Source: an uncultured delta proteobacterium
Lineage (GTDB): Bacteria; Desulfobacterota; BSN033; UBA1163
Direction: 5' to 3'
DNA length: 64,000 nucleotides
Assembly (NCBI GenBank): GCA_963731045.1
Contig: CAVSVC010000010.1
Span: forward strand, 74,630 to 138,629
In this document: piece by piece, positions 25,556 through 34,646 of the stretch
Layout: each line of letters begins with the position of its first letter
Position numbering within the stretch: the first letter of the stretch is position 1
Notes under the pieces: model-generated
Seen by the model: only the letters and a program-made list of their open reading frames with translations
The model's database searches: none
What the model was told of the DNA's origin: nothing
Translations under genes and position numbers: made by a program

Positions 25556-27478
25556 TCACCTGGACGATGAATCCGGGTCGATGGGAATCTCAAATTCGTA
25601 AAGATCCGCCTCCGAGCCATAGTAGATCTTCCGGTTTGCCAATCCCATCCCCGACGTGATGGGCTGAGCGGGGTGCCCCAGGAGAAGGACCTCGTCGTTC
25701 CCGGGATCGATGACGAAGATCGCCTCTTTCGAAAGCCCGTAGAGCCTGCCGTCGAATCCGCGCCGGAGAGAGATCTCCGCCGGCTCCTTCAATCCGAGAG
25801 GGAAGATCTTCTTCACCTTTCTCTTTTCAACATCAAAAACAAAAACGTCTTCTTTCTCCGTAATGCCATACAGGAAGCCATCCGCGGTTGAGGCAAGAGA
25901 GAGAATCGTTCTTGCTCCAGGAACGGGGACGGTTTCAAAAACCTTTTTTTCCTCTTCGGGGTCCCACAGCATCAGCTTGGCCTCTTTTTCAACCGCCCGT
26001 GTCCCGGACCCGCCCCGTACCGAACTCCCGGCCGCCAGAAGATCGGACGTCTCGACGTAGGCCAGCGAGGCAATGCTTTGATTCTGGATCACATTCCGGT
26101 AGCCTCTCTTCTCGTTTTTCTCAGGGTCATAGACGCCCAGCGCACCGCCCAGGAGGCCGTAATCAGGGTAACCTCCCACGTAGATTTTTCCGTGAGGTCC
26201 TGCCAGCATCGCCCTCGGCCGGTATTGACCCTCTCCCATGGGTCCTAAATCTCTCGGATTCGATCCCTCCGTATCTCCGAATCGGAGGGGCCTCTTCGGG
26301 TCATAGACCGAAAGCCGGGCCTCAGGATAGGAACACAGGTAGAGTTTTTCATTGAAAACCCCCATCGAGTAGACCTCTCCTGTGGCATGAGCGGCTTTCC
26401 CGAGATTGGTGAGGGAATTTTCTTCAGGGTCGTAGACAAAGAGACGGAGAGGCAACATGCTGCTGCCGTAGATCCGGCCGTCCGGTCCTTCCCCCACCAC
26501 AAAGATATAGGCCCCCGCGGCATCGTAGCGAAGGGGAATTTCCTTTTCCTCTTTTGTCACAGGATCCCGCAGCCCGAGGATCTTGTTTTCCACGACAAAG
26601 AACTGCCGGCCGTCGGGGAGGGCTCTCTGCGGGAGAGGAACGTCCCCTCTGGAAAGCTCCGCCATTTTCTTCCCTTCTTCAATCCGAAACCACTTCTCCG
26701 GGCCGGTCTGAAAAGAACGGCTTGCGTACATCTTTCCATCATTCCCTTTGAATAACCGGAGGCGTCCCGGCCCGCGGTCCCCTGGAGAAATCAGGGATGT
26801 TCCGGTTCGTCGCTCCGGGTCAAAGACGACGACGTCGACCTTTTCGAACTGGATCGAGCAATAGATCAGGCCATCCTCTCCGGCCGTCGGATAACAGTAG
26901 AATTGGTCCGGATCCATCCGACCGTAATCCTCGGTCTTTCCCGTCTTTGGATCATAAGAGAAGAGTTTTGCCGATGGAAACGTTCCCCCCCAGATCTTTC
27001 CATCCGGGCCTGTGCTGAGGCTGCAAATGAAGGACTCTTTTTCTCCGCACGGACGGCCGAGGTCCTCCCATCTTTCCGTCCCGGGATCGAACCTCAGGAG
27101 GTGGGCGTTGTAGTAGCTACCGAGATAGATCCTGTTCTCAAGATCGAGGGTATAGCCCCAAGAACCCATCTCCGAAGAAAGAGGCCCGTTGAACTGCTTC
27201 ATTTCGCCGGTATCGGGATTGACGGCAAGAAGGAAAAGAGGCGCCCCATACTGTGAGAAGGAGATATAGAGGGTATCCGGCTTGCCGGTCTTGCCGGGCC
27301 CGAGATGTACCCCCCAGCTCACCGGTTCCTTCACGGGAGTGCCCAGACGACGGAAGGCAAAGGATTTTTCGGGAGGGAAAAAAGAAATAGAGGGCGGCAA
27401 CAACCAGAAGAACGAAAGAACCGGCGCAGACGGTACCGCCTGCCTGGGTAGGCAGGCTACAAAGGTTTTCCAGCACAC
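25556..27478 (-). CDS. Hypothetical exported beta-propeller repeat protein
   Basis: ORF 25556..27478 (GTG start). Hydrophobic N-terminus, then many approximately 45-aa repeats of the type G.IY.GS....L..YDP. No family was recognised. Confidence 0.65.
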   Translation of the reverse strand: MCWKTFVACLPRQAVPSAPVLSFFWLLPPSISFFPPEKSFAFRRLGTPVKEPVSWGVHLGPGKTGKPDTLYISFSQYGAPLFLLAVNPDTGEMKQFNGPLSSEMGSWGYTLDLENRIYLGSYYNAHLLRFDPGTERWEDLGRPCGEKESFICSLSTGPDGKIWGGTFPSAKLFSYDPKTGKTEDYGRMDPDQFYCYPTAGEDGLIYCSIQFEKVDVVVFDPERRTGTSLISPGDRGPGRLRLFKGNDGKMYASRSFQTGPEKWFRIEEGKKMAELSRGDVPLPQRALPDGRQFFVVENKILGLRDPVTKEEKEIPLRYDAAGAYIFVVGEGPDGRIYGSSMLPLRLFVYDPEENSLTNLGKAAHATGEVYSMGVFNEKLYLCSYPEARLSVYDPKRPLRFGDTEGSNPRDLGPMGEGQYRPRAMLAGPHGKIYVGGYPDYGLLGGALGVYDPEKNEKRGYRNVIQNQSIASLAYVETSDLLAAGSSVRGGSGTRAVEKEAKLMLWDPEEEKKVFETVPVPGARTILSLASTADGFLYGITEKEDVFVFDVEKRKVKKIFPLGLKEPAEISLRRGFDGRLYGLSKEAIFVIDPGNDEVLLLGHPAQPITSGMGLANRKIYYGSEADLYEFEIPIDPDSSSR

Positions 27479-27523
27479 TCAACCGCCTTTTTGAGCTTGG
27501 TTTGTGCAATTGGGACGTTAACC

Positions 27524-28534
27524 TTAAATCCCCGGATCGCTGGTTGGGTCACTCGCCTCCGTCCCGGAGGATTCTCCGCCGCTCGCTTCCGCGGGAGGGC
27601 CTTCCGGTGCCACGGATTCTGGGGTTGCGGATTGAGCCGCTGCGGGCTGAGCCGACGGCCTTCTCTGCCGGGATCGCCAGTGCGGTTTGGGGGTTGTCGG
27701 TTTCTTCTGGGTTTTCCGTTCCGGTTGAGCCACCCGTTCTTTCGTTTCTTTTGACTCCTCCGGTTCCCTCTTTCCCTGGACTTTCCCGAACCCCGTGATG
27801 ACGTAGGTACCGCTTCGGGCATCCGTCCTGAGCTGGACGATTCCTTGTTTCTCTGCGTCTTCGAGAAGGTCGCTGAAGGTCCGGTACCCATAGTAGGATT
27901 CGTTGAAGGAAGGTTTCTTCCGCTTCATCGTCTCTTTCACCATCGATGACCACAGCACTTCTTTGTTCTCCCGGACCAGGGCCACCAGGGAATCGACCAG
28001 AAGCTGGAAGCCTTCTTTCTTTCGTTCCGGCAGATCCATGTCGATGGTCGGAGGGGTCCCCAGGGGCCGCTCCAGATCCTCGTAATAGATGAATTCATCG
28101 CAGTTATCGATCAGGAGGTGGGAGCTCGATTCCTTCATCCCCAGGCCGATCACCCGCTTCCCGTTCTCCTTCAGTTTCGAGACGAGGGGAGAAAAATCAC
28201 TGTCCCCGGAAACAATCACAAACGTGTCGATGTGCTCTTTGGAATAGCAGAGGTCGATGGAATCGACACAGAGCCGGATATCTGCAGAGTTCTTGCCGCT
28301 CATGGACCGTTTCGGGATATCGATCAACTCGATGGCCGCTTCGTGAAGGGCCCTCTTGTAATCCGCGAAGCCGCCCCAGTCCGCATAGGCCTTCTTAACG
28401 ATGATCTTTCCCTTCTCGACCAGACGTTCTAATACTTTCCGGATCTCGAAGCGTTTCTCTTTCTTCCCTTTAAAACCCAGCGCCAGGTTCTCAAAATCGA
28501 TAAAAACCGCTAAGGTATTGTCTCCCTCACTCAT
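27524..28534 (-). CDS. NYN (LabA-like) ribonuclease domain plus OST-HTH/LOTUS domain protein with a basic disordered tail
   Basis: ORF 27524..28597, start probably ATG 28534 (SD AAGGA). NYN core (AVFIDFENL...KAYADW...VIVSGDSDFSPLV), then LOTUS-like (YYGYRTFSDLLEDAEKQGIV). Confidence 0.8.
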   Translation of the reverse strand: MSEGDNTLAVFIDFENLALGFKGKKEKRFEIRKVLERLVEKGKIIVKKAYADWGGFADYKRALHEAAIELIDIPKRSMSGKNSADIRLCVDSIDLCYSKEHIDTFVIVSGDSDFSPLVSKLKENGKRVIGLGMKESSSHLLIDNCDEFIYYEDLERPLGTPPTIDMDLPERKKEGFQLLVDSLVALVRENKEVLWSSMVKETMKRKKPSFNESYYGYRTFSDLLEDAEKQGIVQLRTDARSGTYVITGFGKVQGKREPEESKETKERVAQPERKTQKKPTTPKPHWRSRQRRPSAQPAAAQSATPESVAPEGPPAEASGGESSGTEASDPTSDPGI

Positions 28535-28703
28535 CCCGTTGTCCTTTCTGTAAGCCTTTCTCGGCGTGAAATCCGCTGCCGGCAGCTTCCAGATCAATCC
28601 TACAACGAATCGAAGGATTTGTAAACACGATAACGCAGCCGGTACGGCGCAAGGGCAAGATCATCGGCCCGCCCGGATTCATCTCTGCAACGGCCGGGCA
28701 AAC

Positions 28704-29909
28704 CTAACTCCGACCCCGAAGGGAATATCCTTTTTTTCTCAGGTGGGTTTTGATCTCCGAGATGTGTTCCGGCCCGCGGGTCTCCAGGACCAGGACGACC
28801 CTGGAAAACCCGATCGGAATGTCCCTGGCCGTCCGTTCGTGAAGGATGTGAAGAATGTTGGCCCGACGCTGCCCGACCAGGGTGACCAGCTCTGCCAGCG
28901 CTCCCGGGACATCCCGCAGGAGAATCTCCATGCGAACCACTCGTCCTGTCCGGGCGAGACCTTTTTCAATGATCCGGTCCAGGAGATGGACGTCGATATT
29001 TCCTCCGCTGATGATCAGAACGACCTTCTTCGCGTCGATCCTGCCCTTCTTCGATAGGAGGGCCGCCAGCGGGGCCGCTCCCGCCCCCTCCGCGATCACT
29101 CTTTTTCTTTCGATCAGCAGAAGAATGGCTGAGGCAATCTCGTCCTCCTCCACGGTGAGGATCTGATCCACATGCTTCCGGATAACGGAAAAAGTCGTCT
29201 CCCCCAGCCTCCTGAGAGCGATGCCATCCGCCAGGGTGGGTTTGATCCTCACTTCCACAATTCTCTTCTTCTCGCATGCGAGAAAAGCCGAGGGCGCGTG
29301 GGCGGACTGAACGCCGATGATCTTCACACGGGGGCGGCGCTTCTTCAGGATCGAAGCGATTCCCGAAATCAGACCTCCCCCGCCTACGGGGACGATCACG
29401 GCCTCGACCTCGGGGACCTCCTCCAGGATTTCGATGCCGATCGTCCCCTGACCGGCAATCACCTGTTCGTCATTAAAGGGATGAATCAAGAACCTTCCCG
29501 CATGCGCCATTTCGCTCGCACGATTCAGGGCTTCGTCCATATCTTTTCCGAACAGGACAACCTCTCCTCCATAGGATCTTGTCGCAACCTGCTTGGCCAG
29601 GGAAGCGCCTTCAGGCATCACAATCGTCGAGGGAATCCCCAGAAGAGAAGAAGCGTACGCGACACCCTGGGCATGATTGCCGGCCGATGCCGCAACAACG
29701 CCCCTCTTCCGCTCTGCTGGAGACAACTGGGACAGCCTGTTGTAAGCCCCTCTGATCTTGAAGGAGCCGGTCTTCTGAAGGTTCTCCAGTTTGAGGAAGA
29801 CGTCTTTCCCCGTCATCTTCGAAATTGCGTCCGAATAGATCATGGGGGTCCGGAGAACGGCCCGCTGAATCCTGTTCTGTGCAGCTTCAATCTCTTCCCA
29901 GAGTCTCAC
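28704..29909 (-). CDS. ilvA: Threonine ammonia-lyase (PLP enzyme with a C-terminal ACT-like domain)
   Basis: ORF 28704..29978. SFKIRGA lysine motif and GGGGLISG loop. The start is probably GTG 29909, which overlaps the stop of the upstream ABC ATPase gene (GTGA). Confidence 0.88.
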   Translation of the reverse strand: MRLWEEIEAAQNRIQRAVLRTPMIYSDAISKMTGKDVFLKLENLQKTGSFKIRGAYNRLSQLSPAERKRGVVAASAGNHAQGVAYASSLLGIPSTIVMPEGASLAKQVATRSYGGEVVLFGKDMDEALNRASEMAHAGRFLIHPFNDEQVIAGQGTIGIEILEEVPEVEAVIVPVGGGGLISGIASILKKRRPRVKIIGVQSAHAPSAFLACEKKRIVEVRIKPTLADGIALRRLGETTFSVIRKHVDQILTVEEDEIASAILLLIERKRVIAEGAGAAPLAALLSKKGRIDAKKVVLIISGGNIDVHLLDRIIEKGLARTGRVVRMEILLRDVPGALAELVTLVGQRRANILHILHERTARDIPIGFSRVVLVLETRGPEHISEIKTHLRKKGYSLRGRS

Positions 29910-30694
29910 GAAGATGCCCTCCCTTTTTTCAACAGGCTGATGCGCGGCATCCCCGAAACGGGGTGCTTGTCCACCCACACGTCGCAGCCGTAAACGCGTT
30001 CAATATTCTCCCGGGTGATGACCTCCTGGGGGGTTCCGATTTTGAATATCTTTCCTCCTTGAAGAAGAATCAGCTTGTCACAGAATTCGGAGGCAATATT
30101 CATGTCATGCGTCGCCATCACGATGCTCATGCCCTTTTCCCGGTGAAGATCAAGGATCAGGTTCAGGAACTCCACCTGATGATGGATGTCCAGGCTGGCA
30201 GTAGGCTCGTCCAGGAGAATCACCTCGGGCTCCTGGGCCAGCGCCCTGGCAATGAAAACCCTCTTCCTCTCTCCTCCGGAGAGCTCTTCAACGGGCCGTT
30301 CCGCAAGGGGAAGGATCTCCGTCCATTCCATCGCCTTCGTCGCAATCTCCAGATCTTTCTTGCCTTCGAACACCAGATGGCCCAGATAGGGGGATCTTCC
30401 CATGAGAACGATCTCCATCACGCGAAAGGGAAAGAGGAGATGAGTCTCCTGGGCCACCACGGCAATCCTCTTCGCAATTTCGCCCTGTTTCAGTTTTTTC
30501 AAAGGGATTTTTTCAAAGAGGACCTCTCCGCTCTTCGGGGAAATCAAGCGGTAAAGAATCTTGAGAAGCGTTGTTTTGCCCGAGCCGTTGGGGCCGATGA
30601 TGCCGATGAATTCTCCTTTTTCCACCCGGAAGGAGACATGCTGCAGAACCCAGTCTTCGCGATAGCGGAATGAAACCGCATCGACATCGATCAT
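29906..30694 (-). CDS. btuD: ABC transporter ATP-binding protein, BtuD/FepC type
   Basis: ORF 29906..30694. GPNGSGKTT, LSGGERKRV and ILLDEPTASLD. The ATG overlaps the permease stop (ATGA). Confidence 0.88.
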   Translation of the reverse strand: MIDVDAVSFRYREDWVLQHVSFRVEKGEFIGIIGPNGSGKTTLLKILYRLISPKSGEVLFEKIPLKKLKQGEIAKRIAVVAQETHLLFPFRVMEIVLMGRSPYLGHLVFEGKKDLEIATKAMEWTEILPLAERPVEELSGGERKRVFIARALAQEPEVILLDEPTASLDIHHQVEFLNLILDLHREKGMSIVMATHDMNIASEFCDKLILLQGGKIFKIGTPQEVITRENIERVYGCDVWVDKHPVSGMPRISLLKKGRASS

Positions 30695-31723
30695 AGGGGC
30701 TTGATCACCTTTCGCGTCCTGAGGAGATAGATGAAGAAGGGCCCTCCAAAGACCGCGGTAATGACTCCCACCGGCAACTCCACGGGGGCGAGGATCGTCC
30801 TGGCCAGGGTGTCCGAAGCGACGAGAAATGAGGCGCCGATCAGCGCCGAAGCGGGAATGAGCAGACGGTGGTCCGGTCCGAAGATCAATCGAACCGAATG
30901 GGGCACAATCAGGCCCACAAAACCGATCAGGCCGCAGACAGAGACGGAAGCGGCGGTCATCAACGAGGCGGAAAGGTACGAGAGGAGTTTCAACCTTTCC
31001 ACATCCACCCCGAGCTGAACGGCGTTTTCTTCACCTGAAAGGATCAGGTTCAGCTGGCGGGACCGGAAATAGAGAAATAGGATACCGAGAACAATGTACG
31101 GGAAGATCATTCCGATCATGCCTCCGCTCGCAAAACTGAAGTCACCCATCAGCCAGAAGAGGATGGTGTGAAGCTCCTCTCTCTGTGAGATCGAGAGAAA
31201 GAACATGATGACTGCGGAGAGAAAGGAGCTCGTGATGACGCCCTGCCAGCAGGAGTGTATTGGGATGAATCTTTCCGTCCTGTCTTCCGAAATAGAAGAC
31301 GACGAGGATGGTGAGAAGGGCTCCGAGCGAGGAAGCCAGAGGGATGCCCAGAGAAGCCGTGCTGAATCCGATGAGGATGGCGACGATCGCTCCGACAGCC
31401 GCTCCGCTCGAGACTCCGAGGATATAGGGATCGGCCAGGGGGTTTCGCAGAAGGGCCTGAAAGGTCGCTCCTGAAACGGAAAGACCTGCTCCTACCAGAC
31501 CGGCCACCGCGGCCCGGGGAACCCTCAGGGAAAGGAGGATGGCCCGGTGTGTTTCATTCCCTGCGTTCTCAAGGCCGAAAAGGGAGTGCAAGAGGATGCG
31601 GATCGATTGAGAGAAAGGAATCCTCACGCTTCCCAACGTCACGGAAATCACGGTGACCAGGAGAAAGAGGACACTCAGGAGTGCTGAAACAAGGATCACT
31701 TTTCGCAGGGTGACGATCTTCAT
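30691..31723 (-). pseudogene. btuC: FecCD/BtuC-family permease, frame broken once (apparent extra base in the CCC run at 31241-31243)
   Basis: ORFs 31142..31723 and 30691..31206. Removing one G from CTGGCAGGGCGTC restores LLLAGVITSSFLSAVIMFFLSISQ, which joins the two parts. Confidence 0.85.
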
Positions 31724-31782
31724 AAAACCTCAATGGATAATGAGCCATGGGCCATGATCATTGCCCCCCCTCCCTTCTCCCG

Positions 31783-32685
31783 TCACTTTTTGATCTTCTC
31801 GGGGTGCAGGACCGCTGCAATCGCTTCCAGCCCCTCGACGATTCGAGGGGAAGGGCGGTCGATCAGGTCCGAATTGACCAGATGGATCCGATGCTGCTTT
31901 ACGGCAGGGATCGTATTCCATCGACCCCACTCCTGGAGCAGCTTTCTATAGTCCCCTTTGGGGTTGTGGGTGCTGACCACAATGACCTCCGGAGATCTCT
32001 TCAGAATCTCTTCCATACCCCATCGGGGGTACGTCTCCTTCTCATCTCCCGCAATGTTTTCCCCCCCGGCCAGGGAGATGAGATGGTCTGCAAAGCTTCC
32101 CTTGCCGGCGGTGACGATGGGAAGATCACCAATCTGGAGGAAAACCCTGGGACGGGGCAAATTTCTGACGCGGGCGATCACTCTCTCTTTTCGCTTCTCC
32201 ATTCCCTGAACGATTTCCGCCGCCCGGGCTTCTCGCCCCACCACCTGCCCGATGTGGCCGATACTGGTCAGGATATCGTTGAAATTTTTTGGAAAGATAA
32301 CATAGACCGGAAAACCGAACTTTTCCAGGCGGTCGACCATCTCCCGGGTATTTCCGACCCCCGTGGCAAGAATGAGATCGGGCTTCAGAGAGAGGATCCT
32401 TTCAAAATCGAGGTTGATATAGCTTCCCACCCGCACCTTGGTCTTGGCCCTTTCGGGGAAATTACAGTGAATCGAAACCCCAGCGATCTCCTCGTCGAGA
32501 CCGAGGCTGAAGAGGATCTCGGTGATATTGGGCGCCAGAGAAACGATCCTCCGGGGAGGAGAGGAAACGGCGACTTCCCTGCCGACTTCATCGATAAACG
32601 TTGAAGAAGACGGTGTGGAGGTCGACACCCGGACCGGCGCGCATAAAAAAAGAATCAGGAGAGATATCAGGAGATGTTTTTTCAT
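31783..32685 (-). CDS. btuF: Periplasmic cobalamin/siderophore-type binding protein (BtuF-like)
   Basis: ORF 31783..32685. Signal peptide, then IVSLAPNITEILFSLGL, typical of cluster A binding proteins. It is the first gene behind a cobalamin riboswitch. Confidence 0.85.
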   Translation of the reverse strand: MKKHLLISLLILFLCAPVRVSTSTPSSSTFIDEVGREVAVSSPPRRIVSLAPNITEILFSLGLDEEIAGVSIHCNFPERAKTKVRVGSYINLDFERILSLKPDLILATGVGNTREMVDRLEKFGFPVYVIFPKNFNDILTSIGHIGQVVGREARAAEIVQGMEKRKERVIARVRNLPRPRVFLQIGDLPIVTAGKGSFADHLISLAGGENIAGDEKETYPRWGMEEILKRSPEVIVVSTHNPKGDYRKLLQEWGRWNTIPAVKQHRIHLVNSDLIDRPSPRIVEGLEAIAAVLHPEKIKK

Positions 32686-32727
32686 CGACGATTAAGTTCA
32701 ATCGGAATGTTCATCCGATCGGGGTTT

Positions 32728-32768
32728 AAAAAAAACCCGGTCCTTCAGAAGAAAGACCGGGTTTTTTT
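32728..32768 (-). terminator. Riboswitch expression-platform terminator
   Basis: The minus strand reads A7-CCCGGTC-tttcttctgaag-GACCGGG-T8. It lies between the aptamer and the btuF ATG. Confidence 0.7.
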
Positions 32769-32813
32769 GAGACAGTTCCCTTCACGGCCTTCCACCGAAG
32801 ACCTATTGTGAAG

Positions 32814-33028
32814 CGTATCCAGGCGGGTTTTCTGACTCACGGATCATCCTACTTGGCCTGCTGCCCTACCCGATCCCAGGCCTCCCTGCCCCTTCCCGTC
32901 CTTTGGCCCTTCTGCACGTTCAGGGCTCAGGAGAGTGGTTCCGGCAGGTTTCGTCCCCGTTTACAGCGGCGTGGCCGTCCCCGAGTCTGACGGGGTTCCC
33001 CTTTAAAGTCCATGCCACCCGGATACGG
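32814..33028 (-). promoter_or_regulatory. Cobalamin riboswitch (RF00174-type aptamer)
   Basis: On the minus strand, P1 is CGTATCC...GGATACG. Conserved core AAAGGGGAACCCCGTCAGACTCGGGGACGGCCACGCCGCTGTAAACGGGGACGAAAC. B12 box GAGTCAGAAAACCCGCC (32838-32822). It sits upstream of btuFCD. Confidence 0.8.
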
Positions 33029-33407
33029 ATCAATTCTTGGGTATTCTATATCACGGTCGTTACCCCGATGTCAATCCGTCGACACGCCTCAATCCTTCGG
33101 GCGATACCTCAGCAACGACCCCGGCAGCCTCCCCCGGAAGACCCGCCGCGTGCAAAACCGCCGCGCCCGCTGTTGCTTCCTCCCCCGCGAAACCCCTGTA
33201 CGGATCCTCCGCCCCTCAGAGAAGGGGTTCTGATGGAAGGTGCGCTGAAAGAGCGGTCCATTCTTGGAGCGGGCCTCTCAAAGCTCATTCCCCTGCCGCT
33301 GCTGGAGACCCCGGGCGATCGGCCGCCGAGGCCCATGCTGCCTCGGTTCCGCGGAGGAGGTATCCGGACGATTGAAGGAGCTTCCTCCCATCTCATTTCG
33401 TCCCGTC

Positions 33408-34394
33408 TCAAAGCGGCGTCTTTCGAATCCCCCATCCGTTCCCCCCTCTCAACGATCCGCTTTGATTCGTGTTCGGTGAGACGACTCCCCCGCGACGACC
33501 TCCGGAACCGAGAGCTTCCGCACGATTCACGAAACCTCCCCGATTTGTGATCGCGGCAGGCACGGTTCCGGATCTCACCCTTTCACGGCTCCGCTCAACG
33601 ATGGATGCCGCGCCTCTCCGGGCGTCCACGGAGGCGAATCCTCCCGGTGCGGAGCCAATCCTCTGGGCCTCGAATCTCCTCGCACCGGTGCGGGTCAGGG
33701 GATCCACTGCAAACATTCTCCCCGTTGCACGATCATAGATATGGTTGCTCACCACCTTGATAACGGTCTTATTCACGAAAATGACCCGATTAAAATCGTG
33801 AAGGATAAAGAACCCCGGGAAGAAGAACGTGTTCCACCAGAATGGATAGGGAACCCAGCTGTACATGTAGCCGTAATCCCAGGGGGGTGGGTAGTAAGTT
33901 ACCACCGGAGGACCCTCGTTGTAGTAATAATTGTTGACGGCCGCAGGGTCGGAATACGGACCGGAACCGCCCTCCGATTCTCTTCCGGATTCCCTGCCGC
34001 TGGTATCCGAAACAACGGGCAGGTTTTCTTCTGCGGACAGCGTTTGGAGAACCTGGACCGCTTCGTCCTTGCGCATCGCCAGTCTGCCGGCTTCCGCCGC
34101 CTCCCCCACTGCGCCCCGGAGTTCGCCGAGGATATCCGGTGTCATGGGATAGGCGGCAATCCATCCGTTCCTGGGTGCAATGCCGGCCGCGGCCAGGGTG
34201 TTTTCCGCTTCAGCTTCGCTCTTGACGCTTCCCAGTTTGAGGGCTTCCACCAGCTTCACGGCGAAGTCGCCTTCCCTTACCAGCGTCTGGGCCACGGGAG
34301 GAGCCTCTGCCGCCGGCTCTTCTGTGTAAGCGCTTCTAACCGATAGAATCAAGAGCAGACTGACCACACACAAAATCGTCAAGGAGTTTCTCAT
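33408..34394 (-). CDS. Hypothetical secreted protein with an aromatic/proline-rich core and an Arg/Gly/Ser-rich tail (probably continues to 33109)
   Basis: ORF 33408..34394. Signal peptide MRNSLTILCVVSLLLILSVRSAYT and the core YYYNEGPPVVTYYPPPWDYGYMYSWVPYPFWWNTFFFPGFF. ORF 33109..33435 continues the RG-rich tail in another frame, with a G5 run at 33429-33433. Confidence 0.7.
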   Translation of the reverse strand: MRNSLTILCVVSLLLILSVRSAYTEEPAAEAPPVAQTLVREGDFAVKLVEALKLGSVKSEAEAENTLAAAGIAPRNGWIAAYPMTPDILGELRGAVGEAAEAGRLAMRKDEAVQVLQTLSAEENLPVVSDTSGRESGRESEGGSGPYSDPAAVNNYYYNEGPPVVTYYPPPWDYGYMYSWVPYPFWWNTFFFPGFFILHDFNRVIFVNKTVIKVVSNHIYDRATGRMFAVDPLTRTGARRFEAQRIGSAPGGFASVDARRGAASIVERSRERVRSGTVPAAITNRGGFVNRAEALGSGGRRGGVVSPNTNQSGSLRGGNGWGIRKTPL

Positions 34395-34646
34395 TGTTTA
34401 ACCACTCCCTTCTGTTAAACGGGCAAATTTGTCCGTCCCTCTTTAAATATAATACCTCTATCGAAAGACAACAAATCCGCGGCGCGTCTTCGCGTAAATT
34501 GACAATCGGCGGGGATTGTACTATTCTTAATAACTTAAAGAAGTCAAAAGGTTATCAACTCATTTTTCCCGAACCCTTTACCGGCACATGCTCCGCAAGC
34601 CCCGGTCTTCAGCCGGAGAGCTTCACTCTTCACAACAGGTGGCCAA

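Noticed and set aside
27457-27953. Basic Arg/Pro-rich ORFs 27457..27891 and 27549..27953 (minus) and 27491..27798 (plus).
   Set aside because: These are alternative frames of the low-complexity C-terminal tail of the NYN-LOTUS gene, with no independent start signals.
32808-33550. Cluster of overlapping Pro/Arg-rich + strand ORFs (32808..32990, 32903..33550, 33012..33233, 33037..33375).
   Set aside because: They overlap the minus-strand cobalamin riboswitch and the RG-rich tail of the minus-strand secreted protein. They have low-complexity composition and no start signals.
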